Shown one piece after another: positions 60,246 to 64,000 of a stretch of DNA of 64,000 nt. The DNA comes from Phoronis australis (lineage: Eukaryota > Animalia > Phoronida), in NCBI GenBank assembly GCA_002633005.1, contig NMRA01000150.1:338152-402151 (forward strand), written 5' to 3'. The first letter of the stretch is position 1, and each line of letters begins with the position of its first letter. Made by a program: the position numbers and the translations under genes. The notes below the pieces were generated by a model. That model had not been told where the DNA came from and did not search any database. It saw only the letters and a list, made by a program, of their open reading frames with translations.

Positions 60246-60890
60246 TTGGCACCTATGTGGAATACAGAAAAGTAAGATAGTGGAAACTACAACACTGTGC
60301 TTTCAAATTTGTGTTCAATGACAGTGAGTCAAGCTACTCACAACTCTTAGATAAGGCTAGGAGCGGCTCTCTAATTAGTTGGCAAATGAAATGTTTATCT
60401 AATGGAGTATTAAAAAATGTTCATGTCATTGGACCCTCTCCTTTGTGAGGAAAGCTTGAATTTAGAGAGTCTGGATATGGTCTCAGAGGTGAAAGCTGTC
60501 TCTATGTAAAACGTTTTAATACCTTGACTTACGGGTGTAACTCTATCTCCCATAAGGGTACTTTGATATGGAACTTATTGCCATCGGCAATGAGACTATG
60601 TACTGCCTTAAATGAATTTGCTAAACTTGCTGATGATTTTTTTCTCTGAGAACTGCTGACTACTTGTGAGTTCTAACAGCTACAAATGTCTACGCACCTT
60701 GTAACATGTACATCGTACTTTTGTATTTATATTTATCTTGATGTTTAAGTTCTGTATATTTTCTGTACTGTATAATAAGTTTGTAATTAATGTTTTTTAG
60801 TTTAAGTTTGTAGATTTATTGTTGGATAATAGCACTTGTGCTAATGTTTCATTTATTACCACTACTCACTACTAATCAGTGGTAAATAAG
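60246..60890 (+). mobile_element. Second (allelic) copy of the LINE fragment with its AT-rich 3' region
   Basis: Near-identical to 59100-59603 with an extra stop/frameshift. Confidence 0.8.
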
Positions 60891-61627
60891 TGTTACATCC
60901 CTACAAGCAGGTTCACTGGTTCAGCTTAGTTCTAGAGTAAAGGCATTGGTCGGATATAGCGGTCCCTGATTTTGAGAAGCAGGCAATCACTGGTTTGCGC
61001 GCCCATTATGAAATCTCCCAATGAATAATTTAATTCTCAGGAGGATGAGTGAAAGAACGGATAATGACTTATCTGAGTAACAGCTGTACACATGCATATC
61101 CTGAGCTAACTCTTAGTAGTGTGGTGATGATTTGACATGTGTATGAAAGACATAGTAAGGTGCCCAAATTATCTCAAAGAACATACAATATTTTACTGAT
61201 CATAAAAATGGATGTGTACTAATTCCTGCACCCACCCAGCCTGAAAAAATGGTGGCTCGAATTTTTGAGAATGTGGAGCTTTTACTAAGATTCGTGGGGT
61301 ACGTTCTGAGTTATGAATTGTGCATTCCTCGAATTTTTGTAGTTCCTACATTTTTAATGGACTTTTGTCTGGTTTTCCACTTTGGGATTTTTTTCTCTGA
61401 GGCGAAACTTTTTGCCCACTTCGCCAAATGGGGGGCTCATGGGGGGCTCATTCGAGCCCCAAGAGCCCCTCTGGATATTTTTCCTAGTCTAGAGGAATAA
61501 ATATGTCAAGCCACATGTGCTTTGATAGCGAGGTTGCTACGCCTTCAGTACTGATCAGACGTTTTACCTGTTTTCTAATGAAAGTTTTGCTTCTGAACAG
61601 GTAATGTGTAATTTTGTTTTTTTTCAG

Positions 61628-61689
61628 GAGTCTGTTGAGTATACGAAATGGATTTGCCCCATCACAGTGTCTCTCAACATGATTTTAAG
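61628..61689 (+). CDS. Candidate exon of an unidentified + strand gene (ATG at 61648: MDLPHHSVSQHDFK)
   Basis: Strong acceptor ttttgtttttttcag and donor AAG|GTAAGC. Confidence 0.4.
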
Positions 61690-61799
61690 GTAAGCTCTCT
61701 ATTGAAGTAGTTCATAACCAGACTATTTATAGGTCATTTATTTGAATATAGGTTTGTGTTGAGTGGGATCTCGCCCTCTGTTCTTCTTGAGGTGGTAGA

Positions 61800-63400
61800 C
61801 AGTGGTGGATCTATGTTTTCAGTATGGCGTTTTCGGATTCGTGCAAGGCGCGAATCCGAGGCACAGGGGAAGTTGGGAGGGGGAACCACCCCTCCCATGT
61901 AAGACAATTTTTTATTTTTGTAGTCAAATAGTGCAATTTCCGAGCAAGTTTGTGGCAGTTAACGTGTCTCTGGAGTTTTTCTTAAGATGATTTAAAACCC
62001 TTTGCGATTTGTCACATAAACTCGGATCATCACAAGTTCCATAAAACCCTATTAATTTTGTGCACATCTGAGTGTGAGTCACACCGCCAGCATAATTTCA
62101 GTTGGAACATCTGTCTACACATAATGATTTTTAGCATATGAAAAGTCCAAGAACATAAGGAGCACCGACGGACACGTAAAAACTCAAAGCTTGAACATCA
62201 GATGATTGTGGCATAGCAGCCTCAAGTTGTTGAACAACGAATACCTTTACTGTTTCTTCCGGAAATAAACGATGGTGATCTCACCTCATAGTCTAGTATT
62301 AAAAGCAACAATGAACACTTAAGTATCACTTTTTAAAGCTGAATCACGTCGACAGATGGGCTACTGTATGTCGAAAGAATTCGCATCAGGAGACAAATTA
62401 TCTGAAAACATTTTCACAAAACATACTGTACACCGTGAAGAAAAAATATACAAGACCAGTTCAGCAATAGTCATTATCTACACAAATAACCTGACCTGGT
62501 CCAACATGAGACCAAAAGTACACAGTGTGCTTATTATGCCTATAAAAATAGTCTGTAGCGACTGAGGTAAAGCACGCTGTGATAAAAAGATATCACAAGA
62601 CTAGTTCGTTGAGGGACCAGAAGTACACAGAGAGTCAATATCTGCACCAATAATCTGTCCTGGTCCGTTGAGAGACAAAAAGTTCACTATGTTAAGTATC
62701 TCTAAAAAAATGCTAGAACTGACGTGAGACCATTAAGTACTGACTGCTCAGTAAATATATTTACAAAGCACACTGTAGACAAATGTTACAAGATCAGTTC
62801 GTCGCGAGACCTAAAGTGCACTATGCAAAAAGGCAATTGAAAACTGCTCCTTAGACACTTTTTAATCCCCAGTAATTGCTCATACATGCATTTTGTACAT
62901 CTTGCCGTTACTCATTTAGAAATCTTGGTGCACTTTCACTCAAACAAGAAAGACTTACAAAACCTTTGGTTGCTCTGGAGAAAGCGCTTTTAATAATTGA
63001 TGACCAGGTTGTCAAGTCCATTCCAAAATGTTACAAGCGCAACTATATTTGACCCGTTCATCATGCACTGCTTCAAATCTTGTGCTTTTGTCAAAGACGG
63101 TGTTTCCCAGGACCAATTTGCATCTCCTGCAATTTTCAGAATAAACGTCCCAATGTCTGAACACTTGAAACCCAAAGTTGTAACACCTAATAAACCCCCA
63201 TGGGCATGGGCATTTCAACAGGTGGGCCTTTCTGCGTAGATTCCTAGTAAAGAAGACAGTCAGTGTTGTAGTGCTGAGGTCAGAACCAGGGTTCCTTAGG
63301 AGGCTTATTGAACACCGCACGAGTACCACAAGACTGCTTAGAAAGTACAGCCTACCCGTAATTTCTGGTACTGTACCCCCCCCCGTTTATTCCTTGTATA
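61800..63400 (-). mobile_element. Decayed hAT transposase-bearing element
   Basis: Terminus CAGTGGTGGATCTA at 61800; minus-strand remnant LKIAGDANWSWETPSLTKAQDLKQCMMNGSNIVALVTFWNGL (62990-63175) resembles the hAT ZMYM1/THAP12-type core. Confidence 0.5.
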
Positions 63401-64000
63401 GGCCTATCTTGCTGGGGTGCATCTTGAAACGGACATGCGAGCAGATCACAGCGCCCCCCACGACAGCAATTCTTCGGAAAATGAGTCAATCGTTTAAAAT
63501 AAACACATTACATGCACTGTCTATGATTATTGCGCAAAACATCTTTTTAAACACCAGTCAAATTGAAGATACAAACGTGTAGAGTGTAATAGCATGATAA
63601 GGTATGACAGATGAGGTAAAACGTTGCACTTCGAGTCGCCTGAATTTCAGGGTTGCAGTAGCACAGGGTTTTCCTTAATCAAATCAAAACATATCTTAGA
63701 GTAAAGACACTAGTTGCCTAAAAAAAATCAGCTGCAGATCTGATTTTTCTGCGTAGATCCATCTAAAGTGCTTGGCTGCTTCAGAAGTATCGACGAAAGC
63801 ATGCGCGCAATTGAACTTCACGCGACATGCCGACGAGCCACGAAAACTCGATATGTGTTGCTTTTTGTGATTACAGCAAATCACAATGCAAAGAAATTAT
63901 ATTTTTAGGTTGAACCCTCCTCAGGTGGCTTACTTGAAGTTTTCACACACTGGTGGTGCCATTTTTGTTTTGTTGGCAAGGTTTTTTATTATTTTTTTTT

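Noticed and set aside
61601-61627. 27-nt GT-AG mini-intron before the 61628 exon
   Set aside because: Too short for a conventional spliceosomal intron; no other support.

Overview
Eukaryotic, AT-rich invertebrate-type genomic DNA (intron-rich, many minisatellites and MITEs; the organism cannot be fixed from sequence alone). Three spliced genes can be reconstructed by hand with consistent GT-AG phases. (1) The 5' part of a minus-strand WD40 gene (WDR87/WDR97-like) runs off the left edge. (2) Head-to-head with it is a full-length CTTNBP2 (cortactin-binding protein 2: coiled coil, ankyrin repeats, degenerate NAV-type AAA domain) on + at 10398-46273, interrupted by a 660-N gap. (3) TIMM17 (mitochondrial TIM17, 173 aa, 7 exons) lies on - at 52100-58044. 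A possible fourth gene starts on + divergently from TIMM17. Introns hold hAT, Harbinger-like, pogo/mariner-like and foldback elements, tRNA-derived SINE heads, a CR1/L2-type LINE fragment and many minisatellites. Six near-identical duplications flanking single Ns look like uncollapsed haplotypes. The most interesting signals are an unexplained 292-aa acidic ORF with a thrice-repeated helix motif in CTTNBP2 intron 2, candidate alternative last exons and a microexon that would give short CTTNBP2 isoforms, a TIR element carrying a HIRAN-domain pseudogene, and minisatellites that amplify splice donors. All family assignments rest on recalled motifs; no searches were run.
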